A stretch of 64,000 nt of DNA from Oscillospiraceae bacterium (GTDB lineage Bacteria > Bacillota > Clostridia > Oscillospirales > CAG-272), in assembly GCA_015064555.1 (NCBI GenBank), contig SVRZ01000005.1:17619-81618 (forward strand), in the 5' to 3' direction. Of the stretch, positions 49,787 to 59,566 are shown one piece after another. A program made the position numbers and the translations under genes. The number at the start of each line of letters is the position of its first letter. The first letter of the stretch is position 1. The notes under the pieces were generated by a model. It was not told the origin of the DNA. It did no database searches and saw only the letters and a program-made list of their open reading frames with translations.

Positions 49787-49855
49787 AAAAAACAAAGCAC
49801 CGCCTGCAATGTCCGCTTTCATCCGGGCTATAAAGGCGATGCTTTGTTTTTTCTT
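49787..49855 (+). terminator. rho-independent terminator
   Basis: AACAAAGCACCGCC ... GGCGATGCTTTGTT stem with a large loop, followed by TTTTTCTTT. Confidence 0.5.
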
Positions 49856-50007
49856 TATCCGTGCCCCGGGTCCGGCAAAAAATACCGTTCGCTTTCCGGC
49901 TCGGTCAGCCTTCCTTTTTTGCGTAAAGCAAGCGACAAAATGTGTGTTTTTCTCCTATTTTAATATTTTTTAATATGTAAAGTTACATTAAATTAACGTA
50001 AAAAACC

Positions 50008-50036
50008 TTGAAAGTCGCAAATCTCTGTGTTACAAT
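50008..50036 (+). promoter_or_regulatory. sigma-A-type promoter (extended -10) of the five-gene membrane/ABC/Ig-like operon
   Basis: TTGAAA (50008-50013), 17-nt spacer ending TGT, TACAAT (50031-50036). Confidence 0.5.
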
Positions 50037-50163
50037 CGGTTACAGCGCCCAATCGGGCGAGCGCATTATTATAAAATATTTACGATAACAATGAGGTAAT
50101 TTACCTATCTAACTTATTTAATCTTCCATATTCAAACTACATCCATTATTGAACGGAGCTCTT

Positions 50164-51594
50164 ATGTATCAGATAATAGTTTTCTCGCTCTCCGCACTGC
50201 TGACGGCAAGCATTCTTCTCGCCTTCCGCCGCGTTGAGGATGAAAGATTTGACAAATTCTTGAAATGGCTTACCATGGCATTCTGCGCCGTGGGCTTCTT
50301 CCGCTTTGTGCTTTCCGATTCCTTCATTTACGTTATAAACGGAGGCTGGTTCAACGGCGAGTATTATAAGACTACCGACGTTTTGCAGAGCATTCTGCGC
50401 TGGGGATATTATTCCTCCTACTCGGTGCTGCCGGTAGCGGCGATATGCAAAGGGCGCTTCTTCCGCAGTGTTTCATCCTATTACTGCCTCCCCTTCGCTA
50501 TATTAACCACCGTATTCTTCAACGAGCATATGGAGTATTTCCTCTCGGATATGGGACACGGGGTTCACACCTCTTCGACCTTCAGGTACGTATACTTTGT
50601 TCTGGAGCTTGTGATCGCGATCACCATCCCTCTCCTTATCCAGCTGAGATACAAGCACGTGATAAACCTCCGCGACAAAAAAGAGGTGATCAACTTCTTC
50701 ACAGGGCTCCTCTTCCTCATCCCCGCAACGATGCCGGTGTACGTAGCGCAGTCCTTCGTTGGATATAGAGTAAATACGCCGCCAATGTTCGGCAATTTTC
50801 ACATAACCTGGATAGTATTGCTCTTCGTTGTAACGGTAGCGCTCTATTACGCCTTCCGCTTCAAAAGCTACAAGGAGAGGTATCAGCTCTGCCTGTTCCT
50901 CACGATCCTTCTGTTCTTCCACTACGACTCGCTCTATCTTATGGGCATGACGATAAAGCGTCTGCCCTTCCAGCTATGTAATATTGCATCCTATTTCTAC
51001 ATTATAGCACTTGCATTTGATCTCAAAAAGATGTTCCAGTTCTGCTTCCTTGCCAATATGGTGGGAACGCTTATTGCGATCCTTATGCCCGACTTCTCTG
51101 TCGGAAGCTTCGGATTCTGGAACATGCATTACATATTCGAGCATTCTCTCGTTCTTATAATTCCTGCGATGGTAATGGGACTCAGGATACACCCGCGTAT
51201 CGACAGGAAGAGTCTTAAATATTTCTTCATAGGCTTCACCGCCTACTTCATGTTCGCATTTATCATGGGAACGGTGCTGAACGGATATTCGGATATAACC
51301 GGTGAGAAGGTCAACTACTTCTTTATGTTCGACCTTGATATGGCATTCGACTATTTCCCCTTCCTTAAATTTATTGAAAGGTACCCCGTTTCCTTCGGAA
51401 GGTTTGAATTTTACCCCTTCATCGTGCTTATCATCTACGTTGCTTTCTCACTCCTGTCATGTCTTTTCTATCTTGTGGTAAAGTTCGCCTACAAGCTTGA
51501 GGACGATCACCTTGAGCTTCGCCGCTCGGGAATAGAGCTCTACGAGCGCATAACGAAAAAAACCTCGAAAAGACCTAAGTACTTCATTGATTGA
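50164..51594 (+). CDS. polytopic integral membrane protein, 476 aa, function unknown (possibly YwaF/TMEM164-like)
   Basis: More than 10 predicted hydrophobic helices. ATG at 50164 with GGAG upstream. The family suggestion rests only on a central LPFQLCN-type motif and is weak. Confidence 0.65.
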   Translation: MYQIIVFSLSALLTASILLAFRRVEDERFDKFLKWLTMAFCAVGFFRFVLSDSFIYVINGGWFNGEYYKTTDVLQSILRWGYYSSYSVLPVAAICKGRFFRSVSSYYCLPFAILTTVFFNEHMEYFLSDMGHGVHTSSTFRYVYFVLELVIAITIPLLIQLRYKHVINLRDKKEVINFFTGLLFLIPATMPVYVAQSFVGYRVNTPPMFGNFHITWIVLLFVVTVALYYAFRFKSYKERYQLCLFLTILLFFHYDSLYLMGMTIKRLPFQLCNIASYFYIIALAFDLKKMFQFCFLANMVGTLIAILMPDFSVGSFGFWNMHYIFEHSLVLIIPAMVMGLRIHPRIDRKSLKYFFIGFTAYFMFAFIMGTVLNGYSDITGEKVNYFFMFDLDMAFDYFPFLKFIERYPVSFGRFEFYPFIVLIIYVAFSLLSCLFYLVVKFAYKLEDDHLELRRSGIELYERITKKTSKRPKYFID

Positions 51595-51614
51595 ATCACG
51601 AAAGGCAGTTAAAT

Positions 51615-52340
51615 ATGCTTGAGATAAAGAATCTTACAAAGAGATACGGCGACTCTGCCACAAACGCCGTCGAGGACCTTTCGGTCACGCTGAAGCCCGG
51701 AGAGATATTCGGATTCTTAGGGCCGAACGGTGCGGGAAAGAGTACAACCATAAAGAGCCTTGTCGGAATATACCCCTTCCAGGAGGGCGATATACTCGTA
51801 GACGGAGTTTCGATCAAGACCGATCCTCTGGCGGCAAAGCGGATGATAGGCTACGTATCGGATAACCATGCGGTATTCGAGCGTCTTACCGGATGCGAAT
51901 ATGTAAATCATATAGCAAATCTCTACGGCGTTGCTCCCGAGGATGCAAAAGCGCGCACCGAACCACTTCTCGATGCCTTCAAGCTCCGCGCCGCCTTCCA
52001 CCGCCCGATAAAGAGCTATTCTCACGGTATGAAGCAGAAGATCTCGGTAATAGCCGCGCTCGTTCATAACCCGAAGCTCTGGGTGCTTGACGAGCCGCTT
52101 ACCGGACTTGATCCTCAGAGCACCTATCAGCTGAAGAAGGTAATGCGCCAGCATGCCGAGGCGGGAAATACCGTATTCTTCAGCACTCATATACTCGACG
52201 TTGTTGAAAATCTTTGCGACAGATGCTGTATTATAAAGGAAGGTAAGCTTCAGGGCGTTTACGACCTTGCCGAACTGAAGGCAAGCGGCGAGTCGCTCGA
52301 GGAGATCTTCGTCAGCGTCATCGGTGAGGAGGACCAATGA
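51615..52340 (+). CDS. ABC transporter ATP-binding protein, 241 aa
   Basis: Walker A GPNGAGKST, signature YSHGMKQK, Walker B LWVLDEPLTGLD and H-loop FSTH. Confidence 0.9.
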   Translation: MLEIKNLTKRYGDSATNAVEDLSVTLKPGEIFGFLGPNGAGKSTTIKSLVGIYPFQEGDILVDGVSIKTDPLAAKRMIGYVSDNHAVFERLTGCEYVNHIANLYGVAPEDAKARTEPLLDAFKLRAAFHRPIKSYSHGMKQKISVIAALVHNPKLWVLDEPLTGLDPQSTYQLKKVMRQHAEAGNTVFFSTHILDVVENLCDRCCIIKEGKLQGVYDLAELKASGESLEEIFVSVIGEEDQ

Positions 52341-53938
52341 AGACGGTTCTTTCACTTCTGAAGCTTCAGATGGACAATAAGAGCGACCTCTTGAAAACCG
52401 CAACCCCGAGAACGATGCTCCCTGCCGTTGCGCGAGTTCTGGTCATTCTTATTCTCTCCTATCTCGGCGTGAGCTTCGGCTTATCGAAGATATTCTCACT
52501 CGGTCTTTTAGGCAACCGCGAGCTGCTTTCGCTCGTATTGCTTGCGACTCAGATCATCTCGCTGATATTCGCCGTCGGAAACATCATCAACACGATGTAT
52601 ATGAGCCGCGATAACGAGCTGCTTTTCTGTCTGCCCGTCACGCCCAATCAGCTTTTTATATCGAAGCTTCTTATGATCTACGTAAACGAGCTCTGGGTGA
52701 ATGCTATGATATCCATTCCTCTGTTCGTCACACTCGGAAGCTTTTCGAAATTCGGTATAACCTATTATATTTCAACAATTCTGCTCCTTCTGATACTTCC
52801 CATACTCCCCATCGTGCTTGCTGCATTCCTGAGCATTCCGATAATGGGCGTGATAAAATTTCTGAAGAGTCATTCGCTTTTGTCGATCATAGCGATATTC
52901 TCGCTCGTTGCCGCATGCCTGTGGCTCTACATCAGCTTAATAGGCAGCATCGCCGCCGACTTCAATATTGCCGACAAGCAGTATGAAACGGTGCGCGCGC
53001 TCAACGAAAGCATACTGACAATAGGTAAAAAAATCCCAATCTACTACCCGATAGCAGGCGCTATGCTCAGCTTCGGCCTCTGGTATTACTACCCCATCTT
53101 CATAGCAGGATGTGCACTTCTTTCGGTGCTTACCGTTCTTTTCACAAGATACTTCTTCTTCAAAACGGCTACCGCCACCTTCGAAAACACCGTAAAGAGC
53201 GATCCCAAGGAAAAGACCTTCAAGAAAAGAGGTATCATCCCAAGCCTTCTTCTGAAGGAGATACTCTGCGTATTCCGCTCGCCTGCGGACGTTTTTGAAT
53301 ATTTCCTGTTCACCATCCTGATGCCGTTCATCGTATTCTCATACGACAAGCTGCTTATGTCTATAACGGTAAATCAGGCGGGAGTGAATATGATATCCGG
53401 AGCGCACGTTATGGTCGTTGCCATACTCGCCATGCTCTCGAACATCTCCTCCGCCTCTGCCATCTCGCGTGACGGCGGTAACTTCCATACCTCAAAGACC
53501 ATCCCTGTCGATTATTACACTCAGATGCTGGTGAAGTTCCTCTTTAACGGTATCTTCACGCTTGCCGCGCTTACCGTAACGGCTGTGGTATCGGCATTCA
53601 TCTATCCTTTGTGGCAGATCCTGCTCGGCACGCTTGCCGTGATCTTCGCCGCGATAGGTCACATAGCCTTCTCGATAGACACCGATATAAAGAATCCCAC
53701 CGTCTACAACGGCGGAAACGAGGGCTCCTCCACCGTGAGCAAAAGCACCCCCATAAGCCTTATATACGGTCTTGTAGTCGGATTCGCGATGGGACTTACG
53801 GTAATCCTGATGTCCTCTTTGGAAAACGCAGTAATCCCTTATATTATCATCATCGCAGCGGCATTCGTATTTATGATATACAGAGTGTATACTCTCATTC
53901 TCAGAATAAACCTCAGATACGATAAAATAGAAATGTGA
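52337..53938 (+). CDS. multi-pass ABC exporter permease-like protein, 533 aa
   Basis: The ATGA overlap with the ATPase stop implies translational coupling. About 10-12 hydrophobic helices, resembling the uncharacterised putative-ABC-exporter permeases. Confidence 0.65.
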   Translation: MKTVLSLLKLQMDNKSDLLKTATPRTMLPAVARVLVILILSYLGVSFGLSKIFSLGLLGNRELLSLVLLATQIISLIFAVGNIINTMYMSRDNELLFCLPVTPNQLFISKLLMIYVNELWVNAMISIPLFVTLGSFSKFGITYYISTILLLLILPILPIVLAAFLSIPIMGVIKFLKSHSLLSIIAIFSLVAACLWLYISLIGSIAADFNIADKQYETVRALNESILTIGKKIPIYYPIAGAMLSFGLWYYYPIFIAGCALLSVLTVLFTRYFFFKTATATFENTVKSDPKEKTFKKRGIIPSLLLKEILCVFRSPADVFEYFLFTILMPFIVFSYDKLLMSITVNQAGVNMISGAHVMVVAILAMLSNISSASAISRDGGNFHTSKTIPVDYYTQMLVKFLFNGIFTLAALTVTAVVSAFIYPLWQILLGTLAVIFAAIGHIAFSIDTDIKNPTVYNGGNEGSSTVSKSTPISLIYGLVVGFAMGLTVILMSSLENAVIPYIIIIAAAFVFMIYRVYTLILRINLRYDKIEM

Positions 53939-53948
53939 GTCAGATATA

Positions 53949-54866
53949 ATGAAAAAAATAATACTACTGATCTTAGCGATACTGCCGATAGTTCTGCTGG
54001 TCGTTATCGCCTTTGCAGGTCAGATATTATCGCTCTACAACCATATACCTGTAGAGAGCGTTCAATTTGTTGACCGAATGAACAATCCGTATACGAACGA
54101 ATACGTATTTGCGATAAATCAGAAGTCCACGAAGGCAACGCGAATTATGATATACCCCGAGCTTGCCACAAACAAGAACGTTAAGTACTCTTCCTCTGAT
54201 GAAAAAATCTGTACGGTCGATGAGAACGGTGTTATCGCCGGGCTTCATTACGGCACGGCGACCGTCATGGTCAAGACCGACGATGGCGGCAAGATCGCTA
54301 CCCTTAACGTAGTCGTAAAGGCGGACGTTCCGTATGACGTTACCCTCTCCGAGGAAAAGCTCGATATGACCGTGGGAGGAATACATCAGCTTACCGCCGT
54401 TGTAGACGCACCCGTTGCGGTTATAAAGGACGTCACCTACGAATCGAGCGATCCCTCGGTAGTTGAGGTCGATGCCACGGGTAAGCTTACAGCCAAGGCT
54501 CCCGGCACAGCCATCGTCACCGTAGTTACCGTCAGCGGTGAGCTTACCGATACCTGCGAGGTAACGGTCACCGAGGGCGAGCTTCCGATATACTTCGATT
54601 TCTCGGGCAACGATGCAGTCAGATTTATAAACGGATATTACGTATTATCAACCGACAGCCTGAATATGAGAGAGTATCTCCGCACGAGCGCGGAAATCGC
54701 GCCCGAGGACGTTACCATCTCGCTTTATTCGGGAAGTGCGGCATCCCTCTCGGGTGATGTGCTCACCTTCACGAAGACCAACGGAATAGTCACTTTGAGA
54801 GTATACGCGACCGAAGGTGACAAGACAGTCGGTCTTATTGAGATAAGCGTTATTTACAGTCCTTAA
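53949..54866 (+). CDS. membrane-anchored protein with two Big_2-type Ig-like domains, 305 aa
   Basis: N-terminal TM helix ILLILAILPIVLLVVIAFAG. Big_2 signatures VKYSSSDEKICTVDENGVIAGLHYGTATVMVKT and VTYESSDPSVVEVDATGKLTAKAPGTAIVTVVT. Confidence 0.75.
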   Translation: MKKIILLILAILPIVLLVVIAFAGQILSLYNHIPVESVQFVDRMNNPYTNEYVFAINQKSTKATRIMIYPELATNKNVKYSSSDEKICTVDENGVIAGLHYGTATVMVKTDDGGKIATLNVVVKADVPYDVTLSEEKLDMTVGGIHQLTAVVDAPVAVIKDVTYESSDPSVVEVDATGKLTAKAPGTAIVTVVTVSGELTDTCEVTVTEGELPIYFDFSGNDAVRFINGYYVLSTDSLNMREYLRTSAEIAPEDVTISLYSGSAASLSGDVLTFTKTNGIVTLRVYATEGDKTVGLIEISVIYSP

Positions 54867-54904
54867 TTTTTAAACAAATATATTAAAAGCAAAAGGAGAA
54901 AAAA

Positions 54905-57900
54905 ATGAAAAATCTGGTCAAAAAGATTTCACTCTTGCTGATCGTTTTTGCACTTGGATTCACCTTCCTTGCAGCCTGCGACAATTTGGGCGGCACGCAG
55001 CAGCCTGACGGCGGCGAAGGCGAAAACAATCAGGGCGGCAGCAACACTATCGTTTACTCGTTTGAGCTTCAGGTTGACAAGACTGTCGTCAATCGCGGCG
55101 ACAAGGTAACTCTGAATGCCGTTCTCAAATCCGTAAACGGCGAAGAGCCCGCATCCGACGAGGTCGAATACATAATCGTCGAGGGTGCGTCGCTCGCATC
55201 AGTTTCGGGTAACGTTCTCACGGTAAACAACACCGCGAAGAACGGCGACGTTATCAAGGTAAAGGCTCGCGAGGGCGCTACCGATTCCGCACCCGTTACC
55301 CTTACGGTAAGCATCCCCGCTACGGAGATCACGCTTTCCGCACAAGGAGTGACGAACCTCACTCAGGGACTGAGCGTTGTGCTCACCCATACCGTTGCAC
55401 CCGAGGGCGCATCCGATAAGGTAGACCTCGTTATTACAGAGGGCTCGGATTCGGCAGTTATCGTCGGAAACGTTCTTGTTGTCAATGCGAATGCCGAGAC
55501 AGGCGCCGTCATCAAGGTAAAGGCGGTTGCAGGCGAGGTAGAGAGCAACGAGCTCTCCTTCACAGTGGGCTATCCTCTGCAGTCACTCACCGCCGTTTCG
55601 GCACTTACCAACATTGTAGCAGGCAACTCTGCTCAGCTTGCAGTAACACTCAATCCTCAGAATGCTACCAACGGCAGCTACGTATGGCAGATCACCGAGG
55701 GTAATGACTACGCAGTCGTTTTAGGCGACGTTCTTACCGTGAACCAGAACGCTCCCACGGGTGCCATCGTTAAGGTAAAGGCAGTTGCGGGCGCGATATC
55801 GAGCAACGAGCTCTCCTTCACAGTGGGCTATCCTCTGCAGACGCTCAACGTTTCGCTTCTCGGCTCTGCAAATATAAAGAACGGCAACTCTGCCCAGCTT
55901 GCAGTAACGCTTGATCCTCAGAATGCTACCAACGGCAGCTACACATGGGAGATCACCGAGGGCGCAGATTATGCAACCATCATAGGCAACATTATCACCA
56001 TAAATGAAGATGCTCCCATAGGTGCATCGGTCAAATTCGTTGCCGTTGCCGGCAGCATCAGAAGTAACGAGATCCACGTTATAGTAGGAACTCCCGTTGA
56101 ATCGATCACAGCATCGAGCGCGATAAGCGGCGTGCTTGACCGCGGCGCAAGCTATCCCCTCTCCGTTTCGGTTACCCCTACCGGTGCAAGCGCCGATAAC
56201 GTCACCTGGGTAGTCGAGGAGGGCGGCGAATACGCAAGCGTCAGCTCCGGACTTCTCTTCATTAACAGCAATACCCCCGCAGGAACCAAGGTAACCGTCT
56301 ACGCAACCAGCGGTAGCGTAAAGAGCAATTCGCTCACCTTCACCGTAGGTGTAGTTCTTGAGAGCATAGAGATATCTCTTATAGGCTCCTCCAACGTAGA
56401 TCCCGACGGATCCCGCACACTTTCCGTAACTCTCAATCCCGCAAACGCCAGCGATACCACCGTAAACTGGGTTATCTCCGACGGTGCTGATTACGCAAGC
56501 ATAATGGGCGGCACTCTCTCTATCAAATCCGATGCTCCCATCGGTGCAAAGATAAGCTTCCATGCCGAGATCGGCGAGGTAAAGAGCAACACCGTTACAG
56601 TCACCGTAGGTACTCCCATCGAGTCCATCGTTATAGAGGCGATCGGCTCTACCGAGGTCGTAAAGGGTAACACCGTAGGCCTCTCTGCAGAGCTCACTCC
56701 CTCCGGCGCATCGGCATCCCTCCTTGAGTGGATGATCGTTGACGGCGAGGAATTCGCTACCATCAAGGGCAGCACCCTTATAGTTAACAGCAATGCCGAA
56801 ACAGGCGCTACGATAAAGGTAAAGGCTAAGTTCTACGACGTTGAGAGTAACGAGCTTTCCTTCACCGTTATGGCAACTCAGGAGGAGATAAACGCCTCCA
56901 AGTATATGCTCGGCGTATCTTCAAACAGCATACGTCTTGACAAGAAGGGCACATCCTCTCCCAAGCTCGTTGCAAACGTCATAGACGGTAACTTCCAGGC
57001 CGTAACCGATCTTAATCTTCAGTTCACCATTCTCAGCGGAGAGCAGTATCTTGCGCTCAGTCAGGACGGCTACGTATGCTCCTTCACCGCGCTCGGCCAC
57101 GGTAATGCCGAGGTCGAGGTAAGAATTCTCGGTACAGAGATCGCCGAGACCGTTTCGGTTGAGGTCATCGTTCCTCCGGAATCCATCTCTCTTCCCGACG
57201 TATTCGTTGAAAGACCCGGCTTCGATTACAACTTCTCGCTCAAGGATCCTATCTCCGGAAATACCGAGAAGCTTCCCTTCCTCCCCATCGTCCGCGGCGA
57301 TGCGCTTGCCTGCACCGAGCTCGGATACTCCTTCCTCCATGAGTCGGGTGCATCCGGAGCAGAGGTAGCGGTTTACGAGGACGGCAAGATCACCTTCAAG
57401 AAGACCGGACGCATTACGGTTATCGTAAGCTCGATGTCCGGAAGCCTTCATGAGGCACAGACCACCTATTCCTTCAACATCAACGAGGGCTACAACGTTG
57501 AGACCTTCGAGGAGCTCAGCTACGTTATAGAGCGCGACGATTTCAAGGGCTACAAAGGCGAGGCGATCAATATTGTAGTGCTTGAAAAACCCGTAAATAA
57601 CGTAAACGATTACAAATACGGCTTCGCTCTTGTTCCGAGCATAGCGCTCAACACCCCCGCGTCCGAGCAGCCGATAGCAAAACTTATAAGAGCATATACC
57701 ACGTATAACGGACACAATGTAAACGTCAGAATTCAGACGGTAAACAACAGCCTGCACATAAACGGTAACAATCACTCGATAGATGCTTCGCAGGTAAAGA
57801 CATTCACACTCGCGGAATACGAGGCATATGCCGATGACTACGGCTTGACCGGTGTTGAAAGATTCCCCAACTACAGCTCCCTGTTCTCGGTCGAAGCATG

Positions 57901-58741
57901 GGCTAGCGGCGGTGCCGGATCCGATCCCACCGTTGACAACCAGACCTACAGCGTAAAGATCTACGACCTTGATGTTAAGGGTAATGCTCCCATAGATTTC
58001 GACCCCAGGGAACTCGGCTCTACTGACGGTTCATTTGTAGGAGGCTTTGAATCGGGTATCTCGATAGGCTCAAGAGAATACAACGTGCATTACTACATCG
58101 ATGCAGATAACCTCACTGCATCCGCGTTCAAGAACGGACTCAAGTTCAACTCTATCGTCGGAAACGGTGTTATCTCAAATCTCCATGCCTACAATTGCTA
58201 TTCCACCGGTGTGGTAGTTGCCTCCAGTATCGTTACACTTGAAAACCTCAAGCTCGGTCTTTGCGGAGCTACCGGCATTGAGCTTGCTCCCGAGGAGTGC
58301 ACAATGGCAGGCATCAACGACAACGAGAACAGTAAGATCACCATTATGGGTACGGTGGATGCTTCTACCAACCTCAATGCAGGAAATACCACCTACTTCC
58401 AGAACTACACGATCCAGGGTGCTACCGTTCCTCAGATAATCACGCTGAATACTCAAAACTATGCCGCAAATCAGGTAAATCACATAAGAAATTCTAACGG
58501 TCAGTTCATCTTCGTTTCCCTGCTCTTCTACGATCTCAAAACTCTATCGCCTAACACGAGTGTAGTTGAGTATCCCGCTTACCAGAAGGGCGGAATCATA
58601 GATATAAGCCAGCTGCCTACAGAAGGCATCGACACCGAGCACCAGTTCATAAAGATGGATATCTACGCTCCCATCACAGGTGTTGGAACTGTTAAGGTAG
58701 GAGAAGCATACTTCTATAACCACAACTATTCAGCAGATTGA
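54905..58741 (+). CDS. large lipoprotein (1278 aa) with 8 tandem Ig-like repeats, further Ig-like domains and a C-terminal parallel-beta-helix-like region
   Basis: Lipobox FLAAC. ~86-aa repeats carry the pattern A.L.V.L.P.NA.....W.I.EG..YA.I.G..L.....AP.GA.VK..A..G...SN.L.F.V. The C-terminus carries NG..I.N, IELAPEE and ITIMGTVDAS-type turns. Confidence 0.8.
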   Translation: MKNLVKKISLLLIVFALGFTFLAACDNLGGTQQPDGGEGENNQGGSNTIVYSFELQVDKTVVNRGDKVTLNAVLKSVNGEEPASDEVEYIIVEGASLASVSGNVLTVNNTAKNGDVIKVKAREGATDSAPVTLTVSIPATEITLSAQGVTNLTQGLSVVLTHTVAPEGASDKVDLVITEGSDSAVIVGNVLVVNANAETGAVIKVKAVAGEVESNELSFTVGYPLQSLTAVSALTNIVAGNSAQLAVTLNPQNATNGSYVWQITEGNDYAVVLGDVLTVNQNAPTGAIVKVKAVAGAISSNELSFTVGYPLQTLNVSLLGSANIKNGNSAQLAVTLDPQNATNGSYTWEITEGADYATIIGNIITINEDAPIGASVKFVAVAGSIRSNEIHVIVGTPVESITASSAISGVLDRGASYPLSVSVTPTGASADNVTWVVEEGGEYASVSSGLLFINSNTPAGTKVTVYATSGSVKSNSLTFTVGVVLESIEISLIGSSNVDPDGSRTLSVTLNPANASDTTVNWVISDGADYASIMGGTLSIKSDAPIGAKISFHAEIGEVKSNTVTVTVGTPIESIVIEAIGSTEVVKGNTVGLSAELTPSGASASLLEWMIVDGEEFATIKGSTLIVNSNAETGATIKVKAKFYDVESNELSFTVMATQEEINASKYMLGVSSNSIRLDKKGTSSPKLVANVIDGNFQAVTDLNLQFTILSGEQYLALSQDGYVCSFTALGHGNAEVEVRILGTEIAETVSVEVIVPPESISLPDVFVERPGFDYNFSLKDPISGNTEKLPFLPIVRGDALACTELGYSFLHESGASGAEVAVYEDGKITFKKTGRITVIVSSMSGSLHEAQTTYSFNINEGYNVETFEELSYVIERDDFKGYKGEAINIVVLEKPVNNVNDYKYGFALVPSIALNTPASEQPIAKLIRAYTTYNGHNVNVRIQTVNNSLHINGNNHSIDASQVKTFTLAEYEAYADDYGLTGVERFPNYSSLFSVEAWASGGAGSDPTVDNQTYSVKIYDLDVKGNAPIDFDPRELGSTDGSFVGGFESGISIGSREYNVHYYIDADNLTASAFKNGLKFNSIVGNGVISNLHAYNCYSTGVVVASSIVTLENLKLGLCGATGIELAPEECTMAGINDNENSKITIMGTVDASTNLNAGNTTYFQNYTIQGATVPQIITLNTQNYAANQVNHIRNSNGQFIFVSLLFYDLKTLSPNTSVVEYPAYQKGGIIDISQLPTEGIDTEHQFIKMDIYAPITGVGTVKVGEAYFYNHNYSAD
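55058..56870 (+). repeat. eight tandem ~258-nt (86-aa) coding repeats
   Basis: For example, AGCAACGAGCTCTCCTTCACAGTGGGCTATCCTCTGCAG occurs at 55544 and again at 55802 (offset 258 nt). Adjacent copies 3 and 4 are nearly identical at the DNA level; the other copies are more diverged. Confidence 0.8.
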
Positions 58742-58785
58742 ATCATTTTTGCCAATAAATGATTACATTTAAGGCATAAAACCGA

Positions 58786-58822
58786 CTATCCCGAGCCTGT
58801 AAAGACTCGGGATAGCTTTTTC
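58786..58822 (+). terminator. rho-independent terminator of the operon
   Basis: CTATCCCGAG / CTCGGGATAG perfect 10-bp stem with a 10-nt loop, followed by CTTTTTCTTT. Confidence 0.75.
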
Positions 58823-58864
58823 TTTAGGTTTAGTATTTGTGAAGATAAAAATGGCAAAATACTC

Positions 58865-58893
58865 TTGAATTTTTCTTTCATATGTGGTAACAT
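58865..58893 (+). promoter_or_regulatory. sigma-A-type promoter of bcp
   Basis: TTGAAT (58865-58870), 17-nt spacer ending TGG, TAACAT (58888-58893). Confidence 0.4.
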
Positions 58894-58959
58894 AAGCATA
58901 AGAAGATAAATTGAAGGACTCAGACAGAGCCGATAAAAATAAAAAAGGAGATAAATACA

Positions 58960-59412
58960 ATGCTGAATATAAATGACAAAGCCCCCGAATTCACCCTGAA
59001 GGATAAGGACGGAAAAGAGGTAAGACTATCAGACTTTATCGGTAAAAGAATCGTTTTATATTTTTATCCCAAGGATAACACCCCGGGCTGTACCCGTCAG
59101 GCGTGTGCATTTGCGGGCATTTACGGGGAGTTCCAGAAGAAGGGCGTTGAGGTGATAGGCATCAGCCGCGACAGCATCGCATCTCACGTAAAATTTGCGG
59201 AAAAATACAATCTTCCCTTCACCCTGCTTTCGGATCCCGAGTTGGAGGCAATAAAGTCATACGGCGTCTGGCAGGAGAAGAAGATGTACGGCAAGACGAG
59301 CTTTGGCGTCGTGCGTACTACCTTTATCATAGATAAAGACGGCCGCATCGAGAAAATAATGCCCAAGGTCAAGCCCGACACAAATGCCGCAGAGATCCTC
59401 GAATGGCTTTGA
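58960..59412 (+). CDS. bcp: thioredoxin-dependent thiol peroxidase (peroxiredoxin Bcp)
   Basis: APEFTL.D..G..V.LSDF.GK..VLYFYPKDNTPGCT.QAC.F contains the peroxidatic Cys motif; 150 aa. Confidence 0.9.
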   Translation: MLNINDKAPEFTLKDKDGKEVRLSDFIGKRIVLYFYPKDNTPGCTRQACAFAGIYGEFQKKGVEVIGISRDSIASHVKFAEKYNLPFTLLSDPELEAIKSYGVWQEKKMYGKTSFGVVRTTFIIDKDGRIEKIMPKVKPDTNAAEILEWL

Positions 59413-59514
59413 TGCGGTAAAAATCGAAAATAACGGAGATCGATTATGAAAATGTACCTACGAGGAAAACGGTGAGAATCCCGAGCTCGTGATTTATAAG
59501 AAAAGATAAGAAAA

Positions 59515-59556
59515 TGCCGATGAGGAATCGAAAAAGAAACCTCATCGGCACTTTTT
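59515..59556. terminator. rho-independent terminator between convergent genes
   Basis: TGCCGATGAGG / CCTCATCGGCA 11-bp stem followed by CTTTTTAT. Confidence 0.7.
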
Positions 59557-59566
59557 ATGTGATTTT

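Noticed and set aside
59440-59500. Second occurrence of the cobalamin-core-like GGTGAGAATCC (59471-59481) downstream of bcp
   Set aside because: Only about 100 nt is available before the terminator. No 3' AAGUC...CC element or B12-box-like segment is present, and no downstream gene lies on that strand. It is treated as a chance match or decayed remnant.
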